A stretch of DNA of 64,000 nt, from assembly GCA_045546275.1 (NCBI GenBank), contig JAZQCM010000042.1, forward strand, positions 70,146-134,145, written 5' to 3'. Of this stretch, positions 38,129 to 45,098 are shown piece after piece (the stretch's first letter is position 1; the number at the start of each line of letters is the position of its first letter). Both the position numbers and the translations under genes were made by a program. The DNA comes from Clostridia bacterium (GTDB lineage Bacteria > Bacillota > Clostridia > UMGS1883). A model generated the notes under the pieces. The model had not been told where the DNA came from. It did no database searches and saw only the letters and a program-made list of their open reading frames with translations.

Positions 38129-39055
38129 ATGAATTACGAAAATATTAGTAGGAGTGGAGGGGCTAGTTTGGATATTAAATATTCCGATGAGACAAGGTGT
38201 TGTTTGTTGGATGATAAAAAAAGAAGAGAGGTAGAAAAAAGATTAGTGAATACAGTAAAAGGATTTATGGAGAAATACAATATAAAATCCTTGAATGCTA
38301 TTGAAATATATAAATTTGATGAGAAAAAACAAGAGCTAGGAGCTATAAAAAAAGAATTTGTAAACAAATTGCCGTCAACAGTGTTATTTATTTCTGATTT
38401 AAGTTTACAACAAATTAGTCAACCACACAATGTGAAATATGGCATTCATACTGTTCATCACGAGCTATGTCATGTGAAAGATTTCGAAACAATATGTAAT
38501 AATATGAATGGTATTTTAGTGACAGATTCATATGAGCATCCATATTCCATGGAAAGTTTATGCTTTATATGGGGATATGAATTGTTTGGAGAATATTTGG
38601 CATATAGAAATTCATATTCATCATATGCAGAACAAAAACAACAGCATAATTTTATATTGTATCATGAAATGTTTGATGACATTATCCAAGATATTACGCT
38701 TATATGTAATAGTAAACAACGTAGGCAAAATACATATACTAATGAGAATTTATTAAATATTACAAAAAGAATTGTAATGTTCATATGTAAAAATTTAGGG
38801 TACTATCATGCTTCAAACAATAAAGTCTTTATGAAAAATATGGCGCAGATTGCTGATGTCAAATTTATTGAATATATAAATCAATTGGATGAACAACTTA
38901 AAAAATGGTTTCAAGGATATCCAAACTGGATTAGTTATAACTCATATGTTGAAATAGGCTGTTTGGTGTTATCTGTTTTTTCTATCTATGGAGTAGATTT
39001 AGCGGTAACAAATAACGAAACATGTTTCCATATGGAAAAAGAAGTTGAACCGTAA
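38129..39055 (+). CDS. Hypothetical protein with HExxH zinc-metallopeptidase motif
   Basis: 308 aa. HTVHHELCHVKD (HELCH codons 38459-38473), with a downstream acidic/aromatic segment WGYELFGEYLAY as a possible third ligand region. No signal peptide. Confidence 0.55.
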   Translation: MNYENISRSGGASLDIKYSDETRCCLLDDKKRREVEKRLVNTVKGFMEKYNIKSLNAIEIYKFDEKKQELGAIKKEFVNKLPSTVLFISDLSLQQISQPHNVKYGIHTVHHELCHVKDFETICNNMNGILVTDSYEHPYSMESLCFIWGYELFGEYLAYRNSYSSYAEQKQQHNFILYHEMFDDIIQDITLICNSKQRRQNTYTNENLLNITKRIVMFICKNLGYYHASNNKVFMKNMAQIADVKFIEYINQLDEQLKKWFQGYPNWISYNSYVEIGCLVLSVFSIYGVDLAVTNNETCFHMEKEVEP

Positions 39056-39109
39056 TAGCTGTTATAAGAAGCGAATGAATATATAGAATAAACGAACGGA
39101 GGAAAAATA

Positions 39110-40933
39110 TTGGAACTTTATGATTTGCTGAAAGAAACCATGAAAGTTGAAAGGCGAGCATTTTTATCAAATCCTTTTTCCGATAAACTAAAAGAAACTC
39201 TCGACGCTGATGATGAAAAGTTAACGTATGAATTGCTAAAAAATATATGCAATATAGCTATGGTCGTATCTGATGATGGGGTGACATTTCAACCTTCAAT
39301 TATCATGCGTAATAAAAGGTCTTATTCACTAGAGGACATGACAGAGGAAGATTATCGACGACTGGAATCACTGGAAATTTATAAGTTGCCTGTACATATT
39401 AGGGCGCGTGTTGCTGATATTCTGTGGACACAAAAAAGAATTTATAAATACGCTAATATTGCTGCTGAAGCTTATATTGAGTTGTTTAATCTGCTATTTT
39501 CTGAAGATGATTGGCTTGAATCATTAGATGTGATTAAACGTGCGATTTGCATTTATGTTCAAACAAACAATAAAGAACGCGATAACTGTTATCAACTCAT
39601 ATATAACCATTTGGTTAGAATCGATGGGAAAGACGAGTATTTTCTATCTCTAAAATTAATTGAGATATTGCTTTTTCAGTCTTTCGATAATCTGGATGTA
39701 ATTATAGGAATACTTGATAAAATCATATCACGCAATCAGGATAATCCCAATAAAATTGAACATGCATATGAACTAAAGTTCAAGTGCATAAACAAACGAG
39801 AAGGACTGGAAAAAGCACGACAGGTAAATATAGATTTGGCAGATTACTTTGTTTCATTTGCTGAAAGGCTATTTGTTTCCCAAGAGCAAGGGGCATTAAG
39901 ATCGGAGATATATTTAAAGAAGGCAATATATTTATATCGTAACAACGGGCAACCAAGCAAAGGGGAAGTAACACATAGGCGATTAATAGAGGTTCAAAAA
40001 GAGAAAATTAAATATATGCACGCATATGAGCAGATGATAGATGTAAGTAAAGTAATTCAAAATGTTAAAAATAATATGGAAGGATTGTCTTTTGAAGAGA
40101 GCATTATAAGGATTATGCAACTCACTAAGTTCTATACAAAAGATGAAGTGAAAAAACGAGTGCTTGAAGAGAAAAATTCATTCTTTTTAGCACGCTATTT
40201 CCCCAAGAGCATTGTGAACGAAGAAGGACAAACAATTTTGGAGCTGCCACCATTAGATTTGGAAAACCCTTCGGAAAATACGGAACTGCTTGACTTACAC
40301 ATACATAATAAAATGCTCGAGTTACAAACTTATGGCGGTGATTGGTATCTTGCATTTGTGTTGTCTTATATACAAAGTAATTTTGATATATATAACGAAA
40401 GTTTAGAGTTTATAATAAAAGATAATATTATTATACCTGAAGGTAGGAAGCGCGTAATAACGTTTGGTATTCGTTTAGCATTACAAGGAGAATATTATGA
40501 GGCGTTACACATTTTAGCTCCACAAATAGAAAATATATTTAAGAATATTGCAAAAGCGGCAGGGGCTGTAACTGTTACTTTAGAGAAGGACGGTACTTCA
40601 AAAGATAAATTGCTAAGTTCTATTTTTGATTTGCATGAACTTATAGACTGCTATGATAACGATATTTTATTTTTGTTTAAAGGGTTACTAAATGAACAAG
40701 CCGGGGCAAATATAAGAAACAATATTGCTCATGGAATTATGAGCGAATCTAATGGTAGTCATGGGTCAAGTTTGTATTTTATATGCGCTGTGATAAAACT
40801 TTTTGCGATATCTTCCCCGCGGTGTTGGGAAATACTAAATGATATGAGAGAAATGAAACCATGTACACCAATTGAGGAAGGTGCATTAAAAATAGTTAAA
40901 GACAGTGAAAACTGTAATATAGAAGAAACATGA
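39110..40933 (+). CDS. Large helical protein with C-terminal HEPN-like Rx4H motif (DUF4209-like, tentative)
   Basis: TTG start 7 nt after RBS ACGGAGG; 607 aa. C-terminal LLNEQAGANIRNNIAHG (Arg codon 40715-40717, His codon 40730-40732) fits the HEPN Rx4-6H signature in its RN..AHG flavour. Confidence 0.55.
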   Translation: MELYDLLKETMKVERRAFLSNPFSDKLKETLDADDEKLTYELLKNICNIAMVVSDDGVTFQPSIIMRNKRSYSLEDMTEEDYRRLESLEIYKLPVHIRARVADILWTQKRIYKYANIAAEAYIELFNLLFSEDDWLESLDVIKRAICIYVQTNNKERDNCYQLIYNHLVRIDGKDEYFLSLKLIEILLFQSFDNLDVIIGILDKIISRNQDNPNKIEHAYELKFKCINKREGLEKARQVNIDLADYFVSFAERLFVSQEQGALRSEIYLKKAIYLYRNNGQPSKGEVTHRRLIEVQKEKIKYMHAYEQMIDVSKVIQNVKNNMEGLSFEESIIRIMQLTKFYTKDEVKKRVLEEKNSFFLARYFPKSIVNEEGQTILELPPLDLENPSENTELLDLHIHNKMLELQTYGGDWYLAFVLSYIQSNFDIYNESLEFIIKDNIIIPEGRKRVITFGIRLALQGEYYEALHILAPQIENIFKNIAKAAGAVTVTLEKDGTSKDKLLSSIFDLHELIDCYDNDILFLFKGLLNEQAGANIRNNIAHGIMSESNGSHGSSLYFICAVIKLFAISSPRCWEILNDMREMKPCTPIEEGALKIVKDSENCNIEET

Positions 40934-40983
40934 TCGTTAGAGAATAAATATATGCATTTAAAAATAACGGAGGGTGGTGCAGG

Positions 40984-42525
40984 ATGATGGAATCGACTGA
41001 TAAACTAATTGATAAGTTGGATAGATATGACTTTGTGCAGTTTGTTAAAGATTTAATTATTAATTCTGAGCAATATCGAAGGAATACCGGTGCAAAATCT
41101 TATGTTGCGGCATTAGATTCTGCGTGGGGGACAGGCAAGAGTTACTTTATAGATTTGCTCATGCAAGATATTGAAGAACAAAATAATATACGTGTGATAA
41201 AATACAATGCATGGGAAAACGATTATTGCGATAATGCTTTCAATCCTTTGATTTACGATATCTTAAAATCAGAATGTTTAAGTTTCAGTACGGAAACTGA
41301 TGCTGACATAGAGAATATTGGAAAAATGGTGAAAAGCATATTGAAAATAGGAGCCGCTTTCACAAAACAGCTTACTGTAGATGCAATAAAAGAAAAAATG
41401 GGAGTAGATGTTGAGAAAGCGCTGCAGGAAGCACTAAGTGCAGGCAAAACAGTAAAAGATTTTATGCTTAGGGAAATACCAAATATTGAAATATTGAATG
41501 AGCAGCGCGAAGCGTTTGAGGAATTTAAAAATTACTTAAGCAATGCAACAACATGGCTGAAAGAATCCGACATAAAACTTGTTGTTATAATTGATGAATT
41601 GGATAGATGTAAGCCTACATTTGCTATACAAACTTTAGAAGTGGTTAAGCACTTATTTGATATCGAAAATATTGTGTTTCTATTTGCTGTTGATATAGAA
41701 CAGCTTAGTCATAGTGTGTCAAGTGTTTATGGACAAGGTTTTGACTCTGTGGGGTATTTATGCAGGTTTTTTGACTATATTGCGAAAATGCCGATTCCAA
41801 ACATTAATGTTTATGTACAGGATCAAATAAATAGCATGGGATTAATTGGAGATATAGATGTTCCAGATGTTTCGGAAGCCTATAAAACACGGAAACTGGC
41901 AGAATTGGTTTCAGAGTTTATTGTTGAAACATACAGAAGTTTTGATTTCTCGCTAAGAGATTTAGATACACTCCTGCAAAGCTATAAAATAATGCTAAAT
42001 AACTTTTTAGGAGATTATAAAATGCTTGGTGCGCATATGATATACATATTTTATTTGGCATTGAAATATAAGAAGCCAGATATGTTCTATAAGACTTTTT
42101 TAGACACGGCATCATACAAATCATTTATACAGTCAGATCTTGCCCCTTTCATAAGAAGAAAATATCAATCAAATAAATGGCTACAAGCAACCAGCGATGT
42201 TATGTATGTAGATAAACCGTTATGTGATGTGGACTTGTTGCCGTACTTCGATGGAAGAGGGAACAACGATGGTTCAATTACAAAATACATTCGATTAGAG
42301 ACTTATGAGAATGGAAAAATTGTTGCATTAGTTAAAGTGAATGTAAGTGGAAGAATGATTAATGAAAGGCTGGAGTTGGAAAATAGATCGAATAACAGTA
42401 TGGGTAATATCCTTTTTGACCAAGATATTTTAAAATGGGAAGATATTAAAAAAATGACATACAGGGAATATCTTCATAAGCAATTAGAAAATTATAATTT
42501 TGTGTCAACAAAAGAGCAAGCGTAA
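40984..42525 (+). CDS. KAP-family P-loop NTPase (second copy in window)
   Basis: Walker A LDSAWGTGKS (41116-41142), YNAWENDY, and Walker B VVIIDELDRC (DELDRC at 41593-41610) followed by KPTFAIQTLEVVKHLF. Same motif set as 17637-18971, but otherwise divergent. Confidence 0.8.
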   Translation: MMESTDKLIDKLDRYDFVQFVKDLIINSEQYRRNTGAKSYVAALDSAWGTGKSYFIDLLMQDIEEQNNIRVIKYNAWENDYCDNAFNPLIYDILKSECLSFSTETDADIENIGKMVKSILKIGAAFTKQLTVDAIKEKMGVDVEKALQEALSAGKTVKDFMLREIPNIEILNEQREAFEEFKNYLSNATTWLKESDIKLVVIIDELDRCKPTFAIQTLEVVKHLFDIENIVFLFAVDIEQLSHSVSSVYGQGFDSVGYLCRFFDYIAKMPIPNINVYVQDQINSMGLIGDIDVPDVSEAYKTRKLAELVSEFIVETYRSFDFSLRDLDTLLQSYKIMLNNFLGDYKMLGAHMIYIFYLALKYKKPDMFYKTFLDTASYKSFIQSDLAPFIRRKYQSNKWLQATSDVMYVDKPLCDVDLLPYFDGRGNNDGSITKYIRLETYENGKIVALVKVNVSGRMINERLELENRSNNSMGNILFDQDILKWEDIKKMTYREYLHKQLENYNFVSTKEQA

Positions 42526-42559
42526 AAATTCGCGTGACAAATATATAATACCGATGAGG

Positions 42560-42585
42560 AGCTTACTGGAAACAGTAAGCTTTAT
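42560..42585 (+). terminator. Hairpin terminator after the KAP gene
   Basis: AGCTTACTG-GAAA-CAGTAAGCT followed by TTATT (weak U-tract). Confidence 0.45.
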
Positions 42586-42693
42586 TCCTTTAAAAGGGAA
42601 GAAATATTCAAAAATTTATTCAAACAATCGGTTATTGTGAATTTCTTAAAAGCATTTTATAATAAGATTAGAGATTGACAGGAGGGAAAATGT

Positions 42694-43224
42694 ATGGATA
42701 TTAAAAAAGTAGGATATCAGATAGCTGAATTAAGAAAGAATAAAGGGTTAACACAAAGTGATTTGGGCGACCGACTGGGCGTGAGCTTTCAGGCGGTAAG
42801 TAAGTGGGAACGTGGCGAAACGCTTCCGGATACGGCAATACTTGTTCCGCTTGCTGAGGTTTTAGAAACAACGGTTGATTTCATCCTGACAGGTGGTGAA
42901 AAGGCGTTAAATTATCGTGGGAAAATTAAAGTTGGCGATATGTTTGAGGGCATAAAGCACTTAGGCAAAATTGGGGAATGCTTAGGTCGCGACAATATTA
43001 TTTATCGCTATGCAATAAAGGGCATAAATGACGGAATGAATACTGACATTGAAGCGTGTTTTACTGATGACTATGTGATGGAATGCTTTGTGGCAGAAGC
43101 CATTATTCAAAATCTTAAAATGGGCGCATATGTAGACTTAACAGACGTGAAGAAAAGCTTTAAACATGAGCATTTTAGAAATATTGTTATTGATTGGTGT
43201 GCAAAGTACGGCATAACAGCATAA
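42694..43224 (+). CDS. XRE-family HTH transcriptional regulator with C-terminal domain
   Basis: The N-terminus IAELRKNKGLTQSDLGDRLGVSFQAVSKWERGETLPD is a canonical HTH_3 motif. 176 aa. Confidence 0.8.
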   Translation: MDIKKVGYQIAELRKNKGLTQSDLGDRLGVSFQAVSKWERGETLPDTAILVPLAEVLETTVDFILTGGEKALNYRGKIKVGDMFEGIKHLGKIGECLGRDNIIYRYAIKGINDGMNTDIEACFTDDYVMECFVAEAIIQNLKMGAYVDLTDVKKSFKHEHFRNIVIDWCAKYGITA

Positions 43225-43279
43225 AATGTCGGGATTTTCTATGAAGAATATTCTATAATTCATTACGGGAGGTGTAATT

Positions 43280-43399
43280 ATGGATTGGGTAGAAAGAATA
43301 CAAAAGGCTATTGACTATATCGAAGAACATCTTACCGAAAAGCTCGATGCGGAAAGTATAGAAGACCATTTGGGGACGTACATTTTTTGTCAACCTTAA
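43280..43399 (+). pseudogene. Truncated N-terminal fragment of an AraC-type regulator
   Basis: The 39-codon ORF MDWVERIQKAIDYIEEHLTEKLDAESIEDHLGTYIFCQP-stop has an AraC/GyrI-like regulator N-terminus (MDW.ER...AIDYIEE.L...L). It stops 4 nt before the conserved left arm of the last ssrA repeat. Confidence 0.45.
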
Positions 43400-43503
43400 G
43401 ATAACAAACTTTATTTAACCACCAATAAAGTTGTTTGCGATACAGGTTTTGAGTCGTTCCAACAAAACAACTTTGCCTTGACTTGATAGCCAGCAGTTAC
43501 ACG

Positions 43504-43653
43504 TCGCCTCCACCATTCATTTTCACGGAAAATGTGAAATTATTAGAATACACCTTATAGCTAGATTCCTTGCCATAAGGTGTATTTTTTAGTTTAAGCC
43601 AGTATCGGCAAAAGATGGGTATTTTATTAGGTTTTGTAAAATTGCCGGGGTAG
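43504..43653 (+). repeat. ssrA 3'-end repeat copy 5 (type-B-like; presumed ancestral downstream flank)
   Basis: TCGCCTCCACCATTCATTTTCACGGAAAATGTGAAATTATTAGAATACACCTTATAGCTAGATTCCTTGCCATAAGGTGTATTTTTT... shares the hairpin terminator and part of the following sequence with copies 2 and 4. Confidence 0.8.
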
Positions 43654-43713
43654 CATAAGGAGAAGGGATACTGTGTATAGACAATAATACAACAGAACAG
43701 TCCTCTGTGTTGA

Positions 43714-43748
43714 TTATAAGGTTATAAAGCTAACCGCTGTTAAAAATG
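43714..43748. repeat. Conserved ~35-nt module, copy 1 (TTATAAGGTTATAAAGCTAACCGCTGTTAAAAATG)
   Basis: Lies immediately after (3' of, on the minus strand) the H1 terminator. Near-identical to 44521-44555, and its core is shared with 44128-44154. Confidence 0.8.
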
Positions 43749-43749
43749 T

Positions 43750-43822
43750 AATAAAAAAGTACCTGCAGCAAGTGCAAGGGTTCAAGAGAATCTCTAGCCC
43801 AGTCACAAATACTGCAGATACC
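43750..43822 (-). ncRNA. Tandem hairpin-RNA mini-gene H1 (predicted)
   Basis: Minus strand: -35 TTGACA (43857-43852), 17 nt, -10 TATAGT (43834-43829). The 5' arm GGUAUCUGCAG (43822-43812) pairs with CUGCAGGUAC (43768-43759), followed by U6 (43758-43753). The interior has a GGG...hairpin...UUGAACCC core. Confidence 0.5.
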
Positions 43823-43857
43823 AAAATGACTATATCGAATTTATTGGATATTGTCAA

Positions 43858-43950
43858 TAAAAAGAAGAAGCAAGTCATCGAGAAGCAACCATCACCTATA
43901 CAGATGCCCTGCCAACACGTCCGAAACGTCCCGTCCACTAAATCTTCTTC
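43858..43950 (-). ncRNA. Tandem hairpin-RNA mini-gene H2 (predicted)
   Basis: -35 TTGACA (43985-43980), 17 nt, -10 TAAATT (43962-43957). GAAGAAG (43950-43944) pairs with CUUCUUC (43870-43864), followed by U5. That U-tract abuts the H1 -35. Confidence 0.45.
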
Positions 43951-43986
43951 GGTAACAATTTATCACAAGAGGATGTGTTTGTCAAC

Positions 43987-44057
43987 AAAATAAAAGTTCC
44001 CAACAGAGTATGCCAATTAATATTGACTCCCCGGCTCCGAAAGGAGATGTTGAGAAC
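43987..44057 (-). ncRNA. Tandem hairpin-RNA mini-gene H3 (predicted)
   Basis: -35 TTGACA (44093-44088), 17 nt, -10 TATCTT (44070-44065). GUUCUCAACA (44057-44048) pairs with UGUUGGGAAC (44005-43996), followed by UUUUAUUUU, which abuts the H2 -35. Confidence 0.45.
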
Positions 44058-44127
44058 GATTGTTAAGATACCATAATAATTAAAATCTGTCAAGACAAAT
44101 TTGGATAGCTTGGTCTTGACAAATAAA

Positions 44128-44154
44128 ATTATAATGCTAACCGCTGTTAAAAAT
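44128..44154. repeat. Conserved module, copy 2 (ATTATAATGCTAACCGCTGTTAAAAAT)
   Basis: Follows the H4 terminator. The shared core is GCTAACCGCTGTTAAAAAT. Confidence 0.7.
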
Positions 44155-44300
44155 AAAAAGAAGCTCTGAAACTCCTCGAGTGGACTCAAAGGTCCGAAAG
44201 CTAAAAGCTTTGGGAGAAACAGAACTTCAAAGCAAAGGCTACTCTCTCCCGGGTGACCATTGTGTCCAATGGTGAGAGCCGGGCCATCACCTCTGCTTCT
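44151..44300 (-). ncRNA. Tandem hairpin-RNA mini-gene H4 (longer, ~150 nt; predicted)
   Basis: -35 TTGACA (44335-44330), 17 nt, -10 TATATT (44312-44307). AGAAGC (44300-44295) pairs with GCUUCU (44164-44159), followed by UUUUAUUU. The closing stem is only 6 bp, so this is the weakest member. Confidence 0.35.
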
Positions 44301-44335
44301 AAGGATAATATATCATTTGGAGTGGGAGATGTCAA

Positions 44336-44403
44336 TAAAAAATCAGCAGTTGAATGCTAAAGGTTCAGGTCGAAACCATAGCCTCGTCATATCAACTACT
44401 GAC
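44336..44403 (-). ncRNA. Tandem hairpin-RNA mini-gene H5 (predicted)
   Basis: -35 TTGACA (44438-44433), 17 nt, -10 TATAGT (44415-44410). UCAGUAGUUGA (44402-44392) pairs with UCAACUGCUGA (44353-44343), followed by U6, which abuts the H4 -35. The interior has AGG...GGU-UUCG-ACC...UGAACCU. Confidence 0.5.
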
Positions 44404-44520
44404 AGGATGACTATATCAGATTTAATGGATATTGTCAAGACATATCCGCATGGCACGATGCGTCGGAGGACAGGCATCTTATACAGACCATGCAGGACAG
44501 GCTGACAGCTAACTGTCAGA

Positions 44521-44555
44521 TTATAAGGTTATAAAACTAACCGCTGTTAAAAATG
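44521..44555. repeat. Conserved module, copy 3 (TTATAAGGTTATAAAACTAACCGCTGTTAAAAATG)
   Basis: Follows the H6 terminator. One substitution relative to copy 1. Confidence 0.8.
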
Positions 44556-44558
44556 TAA

Positions 44559-44637
44559 TAAAAAAGAAGATGCTCAACGATGCTGACAGGTTCGGGAGAA
44601 GATTCTCGCACCCCTGTATGCCTCGAAGAGTATCTCT
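44559..44637 (-). ncRNA. Tandem hairpin-RNA mini-gene H6 (predicted)
   Basis: -35 TTGACA (44672-44667), 17 nt, -10 TATTGT (44649-44644). AGAGAUACUC (44637-44628) pairs with GAGCAUCUUC (44575-44566) with one mismatch, followed by U6. The interior has CAGG...hairpin...CCGAACCUG. Confidence 0.45.
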
Positions 44638-44992
44638 ATAAGTACAATATCAAATTTATAGGATATTGTCAACTAAATAAAATACACTTAACCTTTAAGG
44701 GGTTAATTCTCAATTTGAAAATAATGCTGCGAAAGCGGCTTTAAATATAGGGCAAACGGTACTTATGCCGAAGAAGGTTAAACTCTCAAGTCGCCAGGAT
44801 AGGCTTTGAAAAAATTAGTGTTTCGTTTTAGTTTTTCAGGCTTTTCAGGGGCGGGGGGAGGTCAAATCTCTACAACTAATTTTTTATACAACGGGCGTGG
44901 GGTATCGTGTGCAAAAATCGGAAATCAAACGGGTGGCCCGAAAAGCTTATGGAAGCATATATTAAGGATTTTGGCGAAAACCAGTAATAAAA

Positions 44993-45025
44993 ACACCTTG
45001 CAGTAATATGCAAGGTGTTTTTTTG
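44993..45025. terminator. Bidirectional hairpin terminator at the accessory/core boundary
   Basis: AAAAACACCTTGCA-GTAATA-TGCAAGGTGTTTTTTT, with an A-run before and a T7 after. Confidence 0.7.
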
Positions 45026-45098
45026 CTTGGGAAAAGTCTTGTGGTTTTTATTAAATTGGTATATAATGGACTTATCCTATTGTAAAGGAATGTGGAGT

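Larger units (their letters stand above)
37750..43503. mobile_element. ssrA-flanked accessory module D (HExxH / HEPN-like / KAP NTPase operon, XRE regulator, AraC fragment)
   Basis: Bounded by tmRNA-end copies at 37738 and 43504. A+T-rich. Confidence 0.5.

Noticed and set aside
43772-44505. ORFs 43772-43993 and 44260-44505 (+) sharing an MTIS(N/D)L(L/M)DIV peptide
   Set aside because: The conserved peptide coincides with the conserved TTGACA-17-TATAGT promoter read on the opposite strand. The third copy of the motif (44645-44672) contains an in-frame TAG. There is no RBS, and the remainder of the ORFs is unrelated.
43770-44620. tRNA-like T-arm motifs (GGTTCAAG, GGTTCAGG, GGTTCGGG) on the plus strand of the hairpin units
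   Set aside because: No acceptor, D or anticodon arms can be drawn, and the loop sizes do not fit a 7-nt T-loop. The promoters and U-tracts are specific to the minus strand.
43700-44700. Possible CRISPR array
   Set aside because: The repeated elements are promoters and a ~35-nt module at irregular spacing (about 70 to 400 nt). There is no uniform repeat/spacer periodicity, and no cas genes occur in the window.
16739-45000. Prophage interpretation of the ssrA-adjacent region
   Set aside because: I could recognise no terminase, portal, capsid, tail, holin/lysin or repressor/antirepressor genes. The cargo is R-M, NTPase, protease and hypothetical genes, which fits non-phage islands better.
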